From: an uncultured delta proteobacterium
GTDB lineage: Bacteria; Myxococcota; Myxococcia; Myxococcales; Myxococcaceae
Assembly (NCBI GenBank): GCA_963713045.1
Contig: CAVQKE010000007.1
Coordinates: 96,001 to 160,000, forward strand
DNA: 64,000 bases
Direction: 5' to 3'
Position numbers and translations under genes: made by a program. Below are positions 48,511-59,196 of the stretch, piece by piece. The notes below the pieces were generated by a model. It did not search any database and was not told where the DNA came from. It saw nothing but the letters and a program-made list of their open reading frames with translations. How positions within the stretch are numbered: the stretch's first letter is position 1; each line of letters opens with the position of its first letter.

Positions 48511-49981
48511 GAACGCGCGCTCGGACGCTTCTCCTCTCCGCCGGGGCCCTGGCAGTGGCCGGCGCGCTTGGCCTGTACGCCTACTTCGGCGTGCTGCGCA
48601 GCGAGGAGAAGGCCGCGGCGGAAAAAGAGGCAAAGGAGAAGCTGGTCGCTCCGGTGCCCGAAACCGACGGCGGGGCGGCCGGGGCTTGGGGACGGCTGCA
48701 GGGGCATTTGGTCCGCTACGACAAGCTGGTGCTGACCGCCCGCGGGGAAACCACCGAATTGGGCCGACTGCCGGATTCGGCGTGGGTCATCAGCCGTCCC
48801 TTCCGGGCGCGCGCCGACGCCCATGTCGCCGAAGACGCGGTCTCCACCCTTCAAGCCCTGCGCCTGAGCCGCATCGTGGACGAGCAGCCGAAGGACGAGG
48901 ACCTCGAGCGCTATGGCTTAAAGCCGCCGCGCTTCGTCGTCACCGCCAGCGCGGAGGGCACGCCGTCCGTCACCCTGTTTGGCGGGGTGGAGAATTCCTA
49001 CGACGGCACTCTCTACGTGCAGCGCGACGGGAAGCGCGCGTCTATGCCATCGACGCTGCCAGCCGCGCTTCCCTGGAAAAAAGGACCGAGGAGCTGCGGG
49101 CCCGCGACGTCCTTGGCCCCCGCGACCTCGGCTTGGTGGGCATTCAGCTGAAGAGTGGCCATCACGACTGGGCCGTCGCACGGGAGCCGCAGCAGCCCTG
49201 GGCCTTCCAGAAGCCGGCCGGCCTGGCCGCCGACGGCTCGGCCATCTCGCAGTGGGTGGCGGCGCTGGCCACCCACCGGGCGGTGAAATTCCTCTCCGAC
49301 TCGCCCGCCGAACGCAAGCGTACCGGGGTGGAACGGCCGGCGGCGGACGCCACCTTCCGGCGGGGGGAAGAGACGGTGCGGGTGCGGCTCGCCGCCGGTC
49401 CGCTGGAGACGGACCCCTCCTTCGTGCTGCGCGAGGACAGCTTCGGCGTGACGCTGGCCGAGCTGACCCACGGCGCGCTGGCCGCCCTCGACGTGCCGGC
49501 GGCGCAGCTGCGCGACCGCCGCGTCCTCATCTTCCAGCCGGCCGACGTGCAGCGCATTCGCTTCCTTCCGGAAGGCGGCGGCCCAGCCATCGTCGTGCAG
49601 CGCCAGGCCGCCGACGCCGGCACCCCTCCGCGCTGGGTGCTTGCCTCACGCACGCCCCAGGCCGCCTCGGCGGCCAAGCTGGGCAGCCTCCTCTTCGCCC
49701 TGGAGGAGTTGAAGTGGCTGCCGCTGGACGACGTCCCGCCCAAGGACCCAGGCCTCGGGGCCAACGCGCGCACCGTCGTCCTGGAAGACGCCTCGGGCAA
49801 AGTGCTGTCCACGTTGGTGCTGGGCAAGACGGCCTCGCACACCGGACCCAGGGTGTGGACACGCACCGCCGGCGGCGAGGTGGTGCAGGTGGACTTGGGC
49901 CGTCTTCCCAGCCTGCCGAAGACGCCGGCGGACGTGTTGGACACCGGACCGGCGGTGCTGACGCCCACCGCCTCCCCCTAA
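48507..49981 (+). CDS. DUF4340-domain protein (frameshift near 49035)
   Basis: N-terminal TM, RADAHVAEDAVSTL, LERYGLKPP, LRDRRVL repeats; continues in ORF 48686..49981. Confidence 0.78.
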
Positions 49982-50060
49982 AGGCCTTTTTTCGCACCCC
50001 GCCCGGCCAAAGCCCCCCCTTTCCTTCTGGGAAGTCGGGCGGACGCCCCCACCCCAGTTC

Positions 50061-50090
50061 TTGACATCCTGTGTCCTCAGCCGTTATTGG
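50061..50090 (+). promoter_or_regulatory. Putative rpoZ promoter
   Basis: Perfect -35 TTGACA; weak -10 TTATTG/TATTGG at 17-18 bp. Confidence 0.35.
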
Positions 50091-50130
50091 CCCGGCGGTT
50101 TTGGGGTGTTCCCCCGAGGGAAGGAGTGTC

Positions 50131-50373
50131 ATGGCACGCGTCACGGTGGAGGACTGTCTCCCCCTGGTGGACAACCGGTTCGCGCTGGTGCTGTTGGGCG
50201 CCCGGCGGGCCCGTCAACTGATGGCAGGCGCCCGGCCGGTGCTGGACATCTCCAAAAACAAGCCGCCCGTCCTCGCCCTGCGCGAGGTGGCCACCGGCAA
50301 GGTGAAGTTCGACCGCGACGTCCGCCAGACGCTGTCCGGCAAGTACGACCCGCCGAAGACCCCCGCGCCGTAA
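50131..50373 (+). CDS. rpoZ: RNA polymerase omega subunit
   Basis: [36 protein letters not shown]. Confidence 0.96.
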   Translation: MARVTVEDCLPLVDNRFALVLLGARRARQLMAGARPVLDISKNKPPVLALREVATGKVKFDRDVRQTLSGKYDPPKTPAP

Positions 50374-50381
50374 GGCGCGCT

Positions 50382-52306
50382 TTAGGCCGCGGCCGAAGCC
50401 GCGCCCAGGGAGACGACGCCGCGGCGCACCAGGTCGCGCAGTGTCTCCTCCACTTCAATCGGGGAGTCGTCCACCCGGCTCAGCACTTCGCGCGGGGACA
50501 GCTTCTCCTCGCACAGCAGCCGCGCCGTCCTGAGCCAATTCTTCGGGCCATTCTGCGCGTACACCCGGTAGAGGTCGGCGTTGACGTGAATGGCGCCCGG
50601 GTTAACCAGTTGCGCGTCGCGCAGCTTCTCGGCATTTTCATTCAGCAGTTCCGCCGCCCGGTCGAGTAGCTGCGGCATGGGCAGCATCAGCGTCTGGCGG
50701 GGGGCCGAGTCGCCGGCGGTCCAGGTGGCCTCGGCACAGCGGCTGGCGACGAAGGCGTTGAGGGCGCGCTCGCCCACCGCCTGGTGGCCGCCCGTCTGCG
50801 CCTGGGCATGCACCCCGACGCCCTTGCGGAAGTGCACTTCGTAGCTGGCCCAGCTGTCGCGGCCGCGCAGCCGGCCGGTCATGCCGTGCGCCGCCAGCGC
50901 CCGCAGCACCCAGCCCAGCCCGAGCGTGCCAACCGGCAGCGTGGACACCTTCCCGGCCCCCATCGCCGAATCGGCCTGGGCGCGCGGCGTCAACAGCTGC
51001 TTCACCGACTCGGCCAGCACGTCCAAGCGCAGCGTCTTCGGGAAGTAGGCCTGGGCGCCGGCGTCCAGCGCCCTCAGTTGCTCGCGGTAGTCGTCCTGGC
51101 AGCTGAGGAGGGCGAAGGGAACTTCATGGGTGCGGTGGTCCTCGCGCAGCGCCGTCAACAGCCCCCAGCCGTCCAGCTTCGGCATGTTGAGGTCCGCAAC
51201 AATCAGGTCGAAGTTTCCACCGAGCGCCGCTTCGAAGCCGGCGACGCCGTCGGAAGCGGTGGTGACGGTGTAGCCGAGGCGGCGGAAGAATTGGGCAAAC
51301 ATGCGGCACAGCTCGGCGTCGTCGTCGACCAAGAGCAGCGAGCCTGGGCCGGCCTTGGCGCGCGGGCTGGCGGCGGCGGGCGCGGCGACGGGGGGCACTG
51401 GCTTCGCGCTGGGACGCAAGCCGTTGCGCAGCGGAGGAGCGCGGGGCGTCAGCGCCTCGGGCTCGACCAACAGCTCCTCGCCTTCCAGGGCGTCTTCCTC
51501 GCTGGCCGCTTCGGCAAACTGGGGCCCGGTGGCCGATGGCTGAGCCTCCGCCTCCTCATCGGCCAAGACGCCGGCCGCCAGGGGCAGCCCATCGTCCGCG
51601 AAGCCCCCCAAGTCCACTTCAATGGCCAGCTCCTCGGCCGGGGGGACGCCTCCGGCAATTCAATGACGAAGCCGGCGCCGTCGCCCTGCTGGCCGCCCAA
51701 TTCGACGAAGGCCCAAGGGCTGCGGGGCAGCGCCAGCATCGCCCCGAGCGCCGTCATCCCGGAGGAGGACTGGTGCCGGGCCCAGCGCAGCACGCCGTTG
51801 GCGAAGAAGGCCTGGCTCTCATGGGGGTGGCCCGGGTTGACTTTCAGGGCCCCGGAACGAAGCGTCTGCTGGATGTGGTCCACCATCCGCGCCGCCTCGA
51901 AGCCGACCACCGTGCCGGAGCGCTCCGGCAGCTGTTGAAGCAGCGAGCGGACGGCGGCTGGATGCTCAAACGCGGAGAAAGGCTCATGCAGCATCGCCAC
52001 CACGCCGCTGCGGGCGTGGGCCACCAACGCCTCGTCGACGGTGTTGAGACAGAGGACGAAGACCGGGAGGCGGGCCAGCGCTGGGTCCCGCAGCAGCGAC
52101 TGCAGCACGTCCACCAGCGGGCCGCTGCCAAGCTCGCCATGCGCCAGCACCGCGTGCGGCCGCCCGGTGCGGATGGTGGCCATCAGCCGGCGGGCGTCGG
52201 GTACCGCGCGAAAGCGAAAGTCTGCGCGGCGAAACGCCTCGGCCATCTCGCGAGCCACCTTCGGCTCGGGTTCGACTGCGATGATGTCCAAGACCTCGCC
52301 CACCAC
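50382..52306 (-). CDS. Response regulator, pseudo-REC–DUF4388-like–REC–DUF4388-like (frameshift in the G6 run at 51640-51645)
   Basis: Canonical REC LLVDDD..DLNMPKLDG in the C half; degenerate REC in the N half. Confidence 0.78.
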
Positions 52307-52556
52307 GTGCCTCCGGGGCCACTTTGGCCGCTGTGCAACGCTAGGCAAAGCAACCCCCGTGCCGCGCTGTCGCCCCAGGGGAAAGCAACTTGCGGTGGAG
52401 GTGCTTTGGACCCGGGCCCGACGCTTGCGACACAGCAAACAACAGGGGCCCCCAGCGACGTCGCCGGGGAAGATGGCGCCTTGCGGGGTGGGTGAAGGGC
52501 TACCCTTCGACTCGGCCAACACCCCCCATTCCACCAAGGCCGACGTCGTCCCCGGG

Positions 52557-53179
52557 CTACCCAGCGAAGTGGGCCAGCTTCGCCTCGGCACCCATGCGGT
52601 AGGCATAGCGCAGCACCTGAAGCACAGCGTCCAGTCGGCGCGCCGCGCACAACGGCAACAGGCGGAGGCAGAAGGCGCGGGCCAGCCGGTTGGCTTGGCT
52701 GTAGCGCCTCTCTTCCAGGGGCGAGAGGCCGGGCCGCAGATGCATCTCATCAAACAGGCGGGTGTGCAGAGTGGCCGCCCACTGCCCCCGTGCGCCGGCC
52801 CAGGCGCGCAGCAACAGCAGCGCAAACTTGTCCACTTCGGCCTGGGCTTCCAATTCCAAAAGGGAGACGGGGCGCGCCAGCTCGACCGAACGCGTCAGGT
52901 AGAGGAAGTGGCTGACGCCCTCGGCCAACTGACAGAAGGGCCCAAGCGCCCCGGTGGGCGCCTCCGCCAGGACGGCCGGGGCCAAGTAGAGGCCCAGTTC
53001 AACCGCCCCTTCGACTTCGTGCACCAGCAGCGCTTCGGCGCCGCTGGCATCGCCGCCCAGGGCCTGCGCTTGTTCAGCGTCGAGGAGGAAGCCCCGCGCG
53101 CGGTGGGTGCACCGCATGGCGTAAATGGCTTCCAGGTGGTCCTGGACCGCGTCGACCCAGGCCGGGGCACCACCCGTCA
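52557..53179 (-). CDS. Conserved hypothetical protein (start uncertain)
   Basis: QDHLEAIY, AEGVSHFLYL, LLELEAQAEVDKF, ERRYSQANRLA; coupled to the upstream gene. Confidence 0.72.
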
Positions 53180-53761
53180 GTTGGGGAGCCCCCCTCGCCG
53201 AGGCAACAGCCCAGCTTCGGCCAGCACGCCTTCCAAGGCGTCCCCGCCCCGTTCCGTCCAAGCTTGGTACACCTTCAGCATGCCGGAGGGAGAGCCACGG
53301 GCCAGACCCCGGGCGGCGATGGCTTCCAGCACCGCGGCCAGCGCGCGGAATTTCCGGCCGAGCTCTCCATACACTTCTGCAAAGCCGCCCCGGGCGAGGT
53401 CCGCCACCTGGCCGTAGGCCGCGCCGCCCATGTGGATGTAGTAGTCCGGGCCCACCGCGGTGCGGTGCAGCGCAGAAGCGAAGAAGCCGGCCTTGTACAG
53501 CGACACGTCGCCCATCCGGCGCAGCGTCCGAATGCGCGCCGCCCCTTCCTCCTGCATGGCACGGCAGTAAAGGACAGCCAGGGGCTCCTCGCCGCCCTTG
53601 TCCTTGGCGAAGAGGCGGTCCGCCGCGGCGAATTCCACCAAGAGGTTGGCCAGGTACAGTTCGGTCAACTCCCCGACATTCACCCGGGCCTGCGCCAAGG
53701 CCTCATCCAGAAGCGTCCGGAAGAAGACGGCGAGTGACTTGGCGGCGACGAGTTGGGACAT
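53177..53761 (-). CDS. Conserved hypothetical protein divergent from groES
   Basis: YLANLL..F, LRRMGDVSLYKAGFF, YYIHMGGAAY. Confidence 0.78.
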   Translation of the reverse strand: MSQLVAAKSLAVFFRTLLDEALAQARVNVGELTELYLANLLVEFAAADRLFAKDKGGEEPLAVLYCRAMQEEGAARIRTLRRMGDVSLYKAGFFASALHRTAVGPDYYIHMGGAAYGQVADLARGGFAEVYGELGRKFRALAAVLEAIAARGLARGSPSGMLKVYQAWTERGGDALEGVLAEAGLLPRRGGLPN

Positions 53762-53968
53762 CTGCCTTCGACGGCCTTCCAGGCTAGCAGCCGGGGCCCA
53801 CTGCCCTGAAATCCAACCCTTGGAATTTCGGGGAGTTGGACTGGCAGTCCCCCGCCCGCTTCGCCAGTCGGCCGGCTGGCACTCCCAGGGGCTGACCGCT
53901 GAAACGCCGCACTCGCTTGCCCGGAAACCAGCTGAGTTTCAAGCGCTTACAAAACCGAGCGGACCGCC

Positions 53969-53996
53969 TTGACGCTGCAGGACACGTGGTTAGGTT
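53969..53996 (+). promoter_or_regulatory. Putative sigma70 promoter of groESL
   Basis: TTGACG-N16-TAGGTT just upstream of the CIRCE. Confidence 0.5.
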
Positions 53997-54011
53997 ACGT
54001 GTTGCGTGGGG

Positions 54012-54038
54012 CTGGCAGTCTCAGGTTGAGAGTGCTAA
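54012..54038. promoter_or_regulatory. CIRCE (HrcA operator)
   Basis: CTGGCAGTC-N9-GAGTGCTAA versus consensus TTAGCACTC-N9-GAGTGCTAA, upstream of groES. Confidence 0.85.
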
Positions 54039-54113
54039 TTCCGCGCGCCAGTTCACCCACCCCAAAACAGAAGGGGCCCCAAACGTTGGGGCACCAGGAA
54101 GGGAAACCACCCC

Positions 54114-54404
54114 ATGAAGATTCGTCCGCTGCAGGACCGCCTCATCGTCAAGCGGGTCGCCGAGGAGAACAAGACCAAGGGCGGCATCATCATCCCCGAC
54201 AGTGCCAAGGAGAAGCCCCTCGAAGGCAAAGTGATTGCCGTCGGCAACGGGAAGATTCTCGAGGACGGCAAGGTCCGCGCGCTCGACATCAAGGCCGGCG
54301 ACACCATCCTCTTCAGCAAGTACGCCGGGACCGAAGTGAAAATCGAAGGCGAAGACCACCTCATCCTGCGTGAAGAGGACGTCCTCGGTGTGATTGAGAA
54401 GTAA
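54114..54404 (+). CDS. groES: Co-chaperonin GroES
   Basis: [27 protein letters not shown]. Confidence 0.98.
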   Translation: MKIRPLQDRLIVKRVAEENKTKGGIIIPDSAKEKPLEGKVIAVGNGKILEDGKVRALDIKAGDTILFSKYAGTEVKIEGEDHLILREEDVLGVIEK

Positions 54405-54438
54405 TTCCAACCCCTGACAACCCGACGAAAAGAACTGA

Positions 54439-56100
<1,662 letters not shown>

Positions 56101-56220
56101 GTCCGGCCCTCCTACCGCGACAGCTGCATCACGGCCCTTCGGGGGGGACAAGCCCTCCTCCGAGGGGCCGTTGTCGTTTGGCCGGCCACCCCAAAACCCG
56201 CAGCGGCTGGCCGCCTGCTT

Positions 56221-56559
56221 CTAGCGGACGAAGGGCCCAGGGCCGGGCAGCGGAGTGCCGGTCGGTGAAACGCCGAACAATTGACGCAAGTGGGGCGGCA
56301 CGTCGGTGAAGCACACCCCCATCCGCCCGCGCAGGTTGATGCGGAAGTCCCCCTGCTTGGCCCAAGCCACCCGGCCGGAAAATTCGAATTCCGTCCCGTC
56401 CACCAGGACGGTTCCCTTGAGCGGCGTGCCCTTGGGGAAGACGCGCATCAACTCGGCGCAGAAGCCGCCGGCGGAGACATCCACCGTGAAGCCGGAGGCG
56501 GGCCCCATACTCACTTTGAAGCGGCGGCGCTGGCGACCCAGCACCCGCGTATTCTGCAT
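56221..56559 (-). CDS. Stand-alone PilZ domain protein
   Basis: RQRRR (RxxxR) and DVSAGG (DxSxxG), GRVAW, MGVCF. Confidence 0.82.
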   Translation of the reverse strand: MQNTRVLGRQRRRFKVSMGPASGFTVDVSAGGFCAELMRVFPKGTPLKGTVLVDGTEFEFSGRVAWAKQGDFRINLRGRMGVCFTDVPPHLRQLFGVSPTGTPLPGPGPFVR

Positions 56560-56698
56560 CGCGCCCACCCCCGGGGAGGGTTACCACCTACCCCCCTGGG
56601 CCTAGCACGGGCGGGGCGGCTCCTGCACTGTGGGTAGGCGCCATCCAAGTGGACGGCCCAACACCCGTCGGGGAAAACTTCCGGGGTGAGGAGACAGC

Positions 56699-56965
56699 AT
56701 GCAGCCAGTCGTCGTCTACACAACAACCTATTGCGGCTACTGTCAGAGGGCCAAGGCCTGGTTGACGGCGCGCGGCGTGCCCTTCCGGGAAGTGGACGTC
56801 ACCGACGACGACGCGGCGCGCGCCGCTCTGGTGGAACGTTCGGGCGGCATGCGGACGGTGCCACAAATTTTCGTCGGCGAGGCACACGTCGGCGGCTACT
56901 CGGACTTGGTCGCCTTGGACGCGGCGGGCAAATTCACTCCCCTCCTCGAGACCCCCGCGGCGTGA
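56699..56965 (+). CDS. grxC: Glutaredoxin 3
   Basis: CGYC active site, TVPQIF, GGYSDL. Confidence 0.92.
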   Translation: MQPVVVYTTTYCGYCQRAKAWLTARGVPFREVDVTDDDAARAALVERSGGMRTVPQIFVGEAHVGGYSDLVALDAAGKFTPLLETPAA

Positions 56966-57903
56966 AGCCAGCCCTGCTGGCATTCCTCGCCACCGCCAGT
57001 GCTTGCACCAGCGTGCCCGTCACCACCGAGGCACGGCTGGACAGCGCGGCGCGCTTCACCGCGCTGGTGCTGGAACCGGTGCGCGGCGCAGCCACCGACG
57101 ACGCAGCTGCCTTGGGCCAGCGGCTGACGGCGGTGGCACTGCAGGCGGTGGGCGGTGAGGTGCCGGTGTGGGACCCCTCCGAAGTGCACCTGCTTCACCC
57201 GGAAAAGCACGACTGGAGCGCCAGCAGCGCCGTCCCACTTCTCCGCGCCGCAGACATTCGCCCCGAGCAAGCCCTGGTGGTGCGCGTCCGGCTCGCCACC
57301 GGGGAAGCCTCCAGCCAGCAGGAGGTGCAGGGTGGCGCCGGCGCCGGCGTCGGGGCCACGGCAGAGCTGCGGTGGCGAGCCACGGTGGAGGTGCTTCAGC
57401 CCAGCACCGGGCAAGCCCTGGTGGAGACGACGGCCGAGGCCCACGCCGACCCCTTCGCCCATGGCGGGACTGACGCCGCCACCCTGCAGCCGGCGGACGT
57501 CCTGGAACGGGCGGCCAGCGAGGCCTTGGCCCAGCTGCGTGGCCGCTGGACGCCGCCCCGACCGCCCCAAGGGCCGGAGCTGCAGACGTGGACGGTGGTC
57601 GCCACGCCCGAGGGACACCTCGGCCGGGGCCTCGACGCCGAAGTCTTCCGGCTGCAGCTACTGCAGACGGCCAACCCGGGGCTGGGCGAGACCGAGGCGG
57701 CGCATCTGGCACGGCTCCCGCCGGGCCTACTGGTACGGGGGGCACCCTACGGCTTTCGCCTCCGCGCCGGCGACGAAGTGTTGACGGTGGATGCCGCACC
57801 GGCCGGCGCCGCCAGCCTGGCGCGCTGCCGCTTCGCCTCCCTCCCAGTCCTGGTGGACGTCCGGGGGACGGACGGGCACCTTCGGCGCGTGAAACTCCCC
57901 TGA
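56962..57903 (+). CDS. Putative lipoprotein with a PDZ-like C-terminus
   Basis: GTG overlapping the grxC stop; LLAFLATASAC lipobox; LRAGDEVLTVD. Confidence 0.65.
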   Translation: MKPALLAFLATASACTSVPVTTEARLDSAARFTALVLEPVRGAATDDAAALGQRLTAVALQAVGGEVPVWDPSEVHLLHPEKHDWSASSAVPLLRAADIRPEQALVVRVRLATGEASSQQEVQGGAGAGVGATAELRWRATVEVLQPSTGQALVETTAEAHADPFAHGGTDAATLQPADVLERAASEALAQLRGRWTPPRPPQGPELQTWTVVATPEGHLGRGLDAEVFRLQLLQTANPGLGETEAAHLARLPPGLLVRGAPYGFRLRAGDEVLTVDAAPAGAASLARCRFASLPVLVDVRGTDGHLRRVKLP

Positions 57904-57965
57904 TGCTTTGCTAAGGGGGTCGGTCCCCCGCCAGGGCAACGCCCCCGTTCCGGAGGTCCCACCCC

Positions 57966-59165
57966 GTGTCTTCCCGACTCGCCCCTTTCAGCCTCGTCTT
58001 TCTGCTGGCCACCTCGGCCGCCGCCCAAGAGAAGACCAAGGTCAGCAACTTCCTCCCCTTTAACTTGGCCGTCTGCTTTCTCGAGACGCAGAAGGTGGAC
58101 CCGCCGATGACCGACACCGCCCTCAACGCCCTGTGGATTATGGCTCGGCCCCTGGTGCTGGAGTGCCTGGCCGACACACGGCTGTACGTGGCCGGGAAGT
58201 CCCCCGCCTTCAAAATCAGCATCACGGTTGACGAAACCGGCTACCACCGCAGCATCGAGTCGGACGGGCTGACCGCCTTCGGGAAGACGTGCCTGGATGG
58301 GGCGGTGGGGAAAGTCACTCCCCGCATTGCTGCGCTGGCGGCGGGAAGCAAGCCAGTCACCTTCTCCGACAAGGTGCCCGAGGTGGCGGCCAGTCAGCAG
58401 ATAAAGTTCGGCATCAACACCTTTTCTGACGTCGCCGGGACGGTGCGCCTGGCGATGCCCTCGCTGTGCAGCTGCTTCGCCCCGTTCAAGGACGGCCCGG
58501 CCCCGGTGCCGATGTCCATGAAAGTCACGCTGACCCCCTCCCCCGAGCGCTTCAAGCAGCCGGATGGCGGCTTCCCGAAGCTGGCGGACGTCACGGTGAA
58601 TGAAGGACCTGAGTCGATGAAGGCCTGCATTGCCGACAAGCTGGACGCGCTGCCTTACGGCATCAAGTCCAACGACCAAATCCAAATTCGCTACGAATTC
58701 GACTTCATCAATTCCCTGGCCACCAGCAGCGACGTCAGCGCCCTTCCCGACTGGTTGAAGTTCGCCCAACTGGACGCCATGGAGGCGCCGCTCGCCGCCG
58801 CGTCCCAGCTGGCACTGTCGAAAAAGGTGGCCGCCGCGGACCACTACAATGAGTTGGTGCAGAAGTACAAAGCCCTCACCAAGACTGACCCCAAGAAGGC
58901 CCACACCATGGTCAACGAATTGGTTCTCTCCTGCAAGCGCATGGTGACCATGGACGACGCCCAAATTGCGGCGCTTCAGAAGGAGGCGCAGCTCTCCCAT
59001 GAGACACTGGCTCTGGCCACCAGCCTCAAGGCGAAGGACCCCTCCTGGGCCAAGGCCGAGGCCGCGGCACAGAAGGCCACCACCGAGGCCGAAACCCGGG
59101 TGACCAAGGCCAAGGAATTTCGCGCGGGCGACGAGAAAGTCTGCCCGAAGGTGCACGCCGACTGA
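57966..59165 (+). CDS. Secreted Cys-containing hypothetical protein
   Basis: Signal peptide ending SAAA-QE; two Cys-paired domains; helical C-terminus. Confidence 0.75.
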   Translation: MSSRLAPFSLVFLLATSAAAQEKTKVSNFLPFNLAVCFLETQKVDPPMTDTALNALWIMARPLVLECLADTRLYVAGKSPAFKISITVDETGYHRSIESDGLTAFGKTCLDGAVGKVTPRIAALAAGSKPVTFSDKVPEVAASQQIKFGINTFSDVAGTVRLAMPSLCSCFAPFKDGPAPVPMSMKVTLTPSPERFKQPDGGFPKLADVTVNEGPESMKACIADKLDALPYGIKSNDQIQIRYEFDFINSLATSSDVSALPDWLKFAQLDAMEAPLAAASQLALSKKVAAADHYNELVQKYKALTKTDPKKAHTMVNELVLSCKRMVTMDDAQIAALQKEAQLSHETLALATSLKAKDPSWAKAEAAAQKATTEAETRVTKAKEFRAGDEKVCPKVHAD

Positions 59166-59196
59166 CGGCCGCCCACCCCGGCAGCAGCAGCAGCAG

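Noticed and set aside
59182..59196. (CAG)5 microsatellite
   Set aside because: Short, intergenic between convergent genes, with no evident function.
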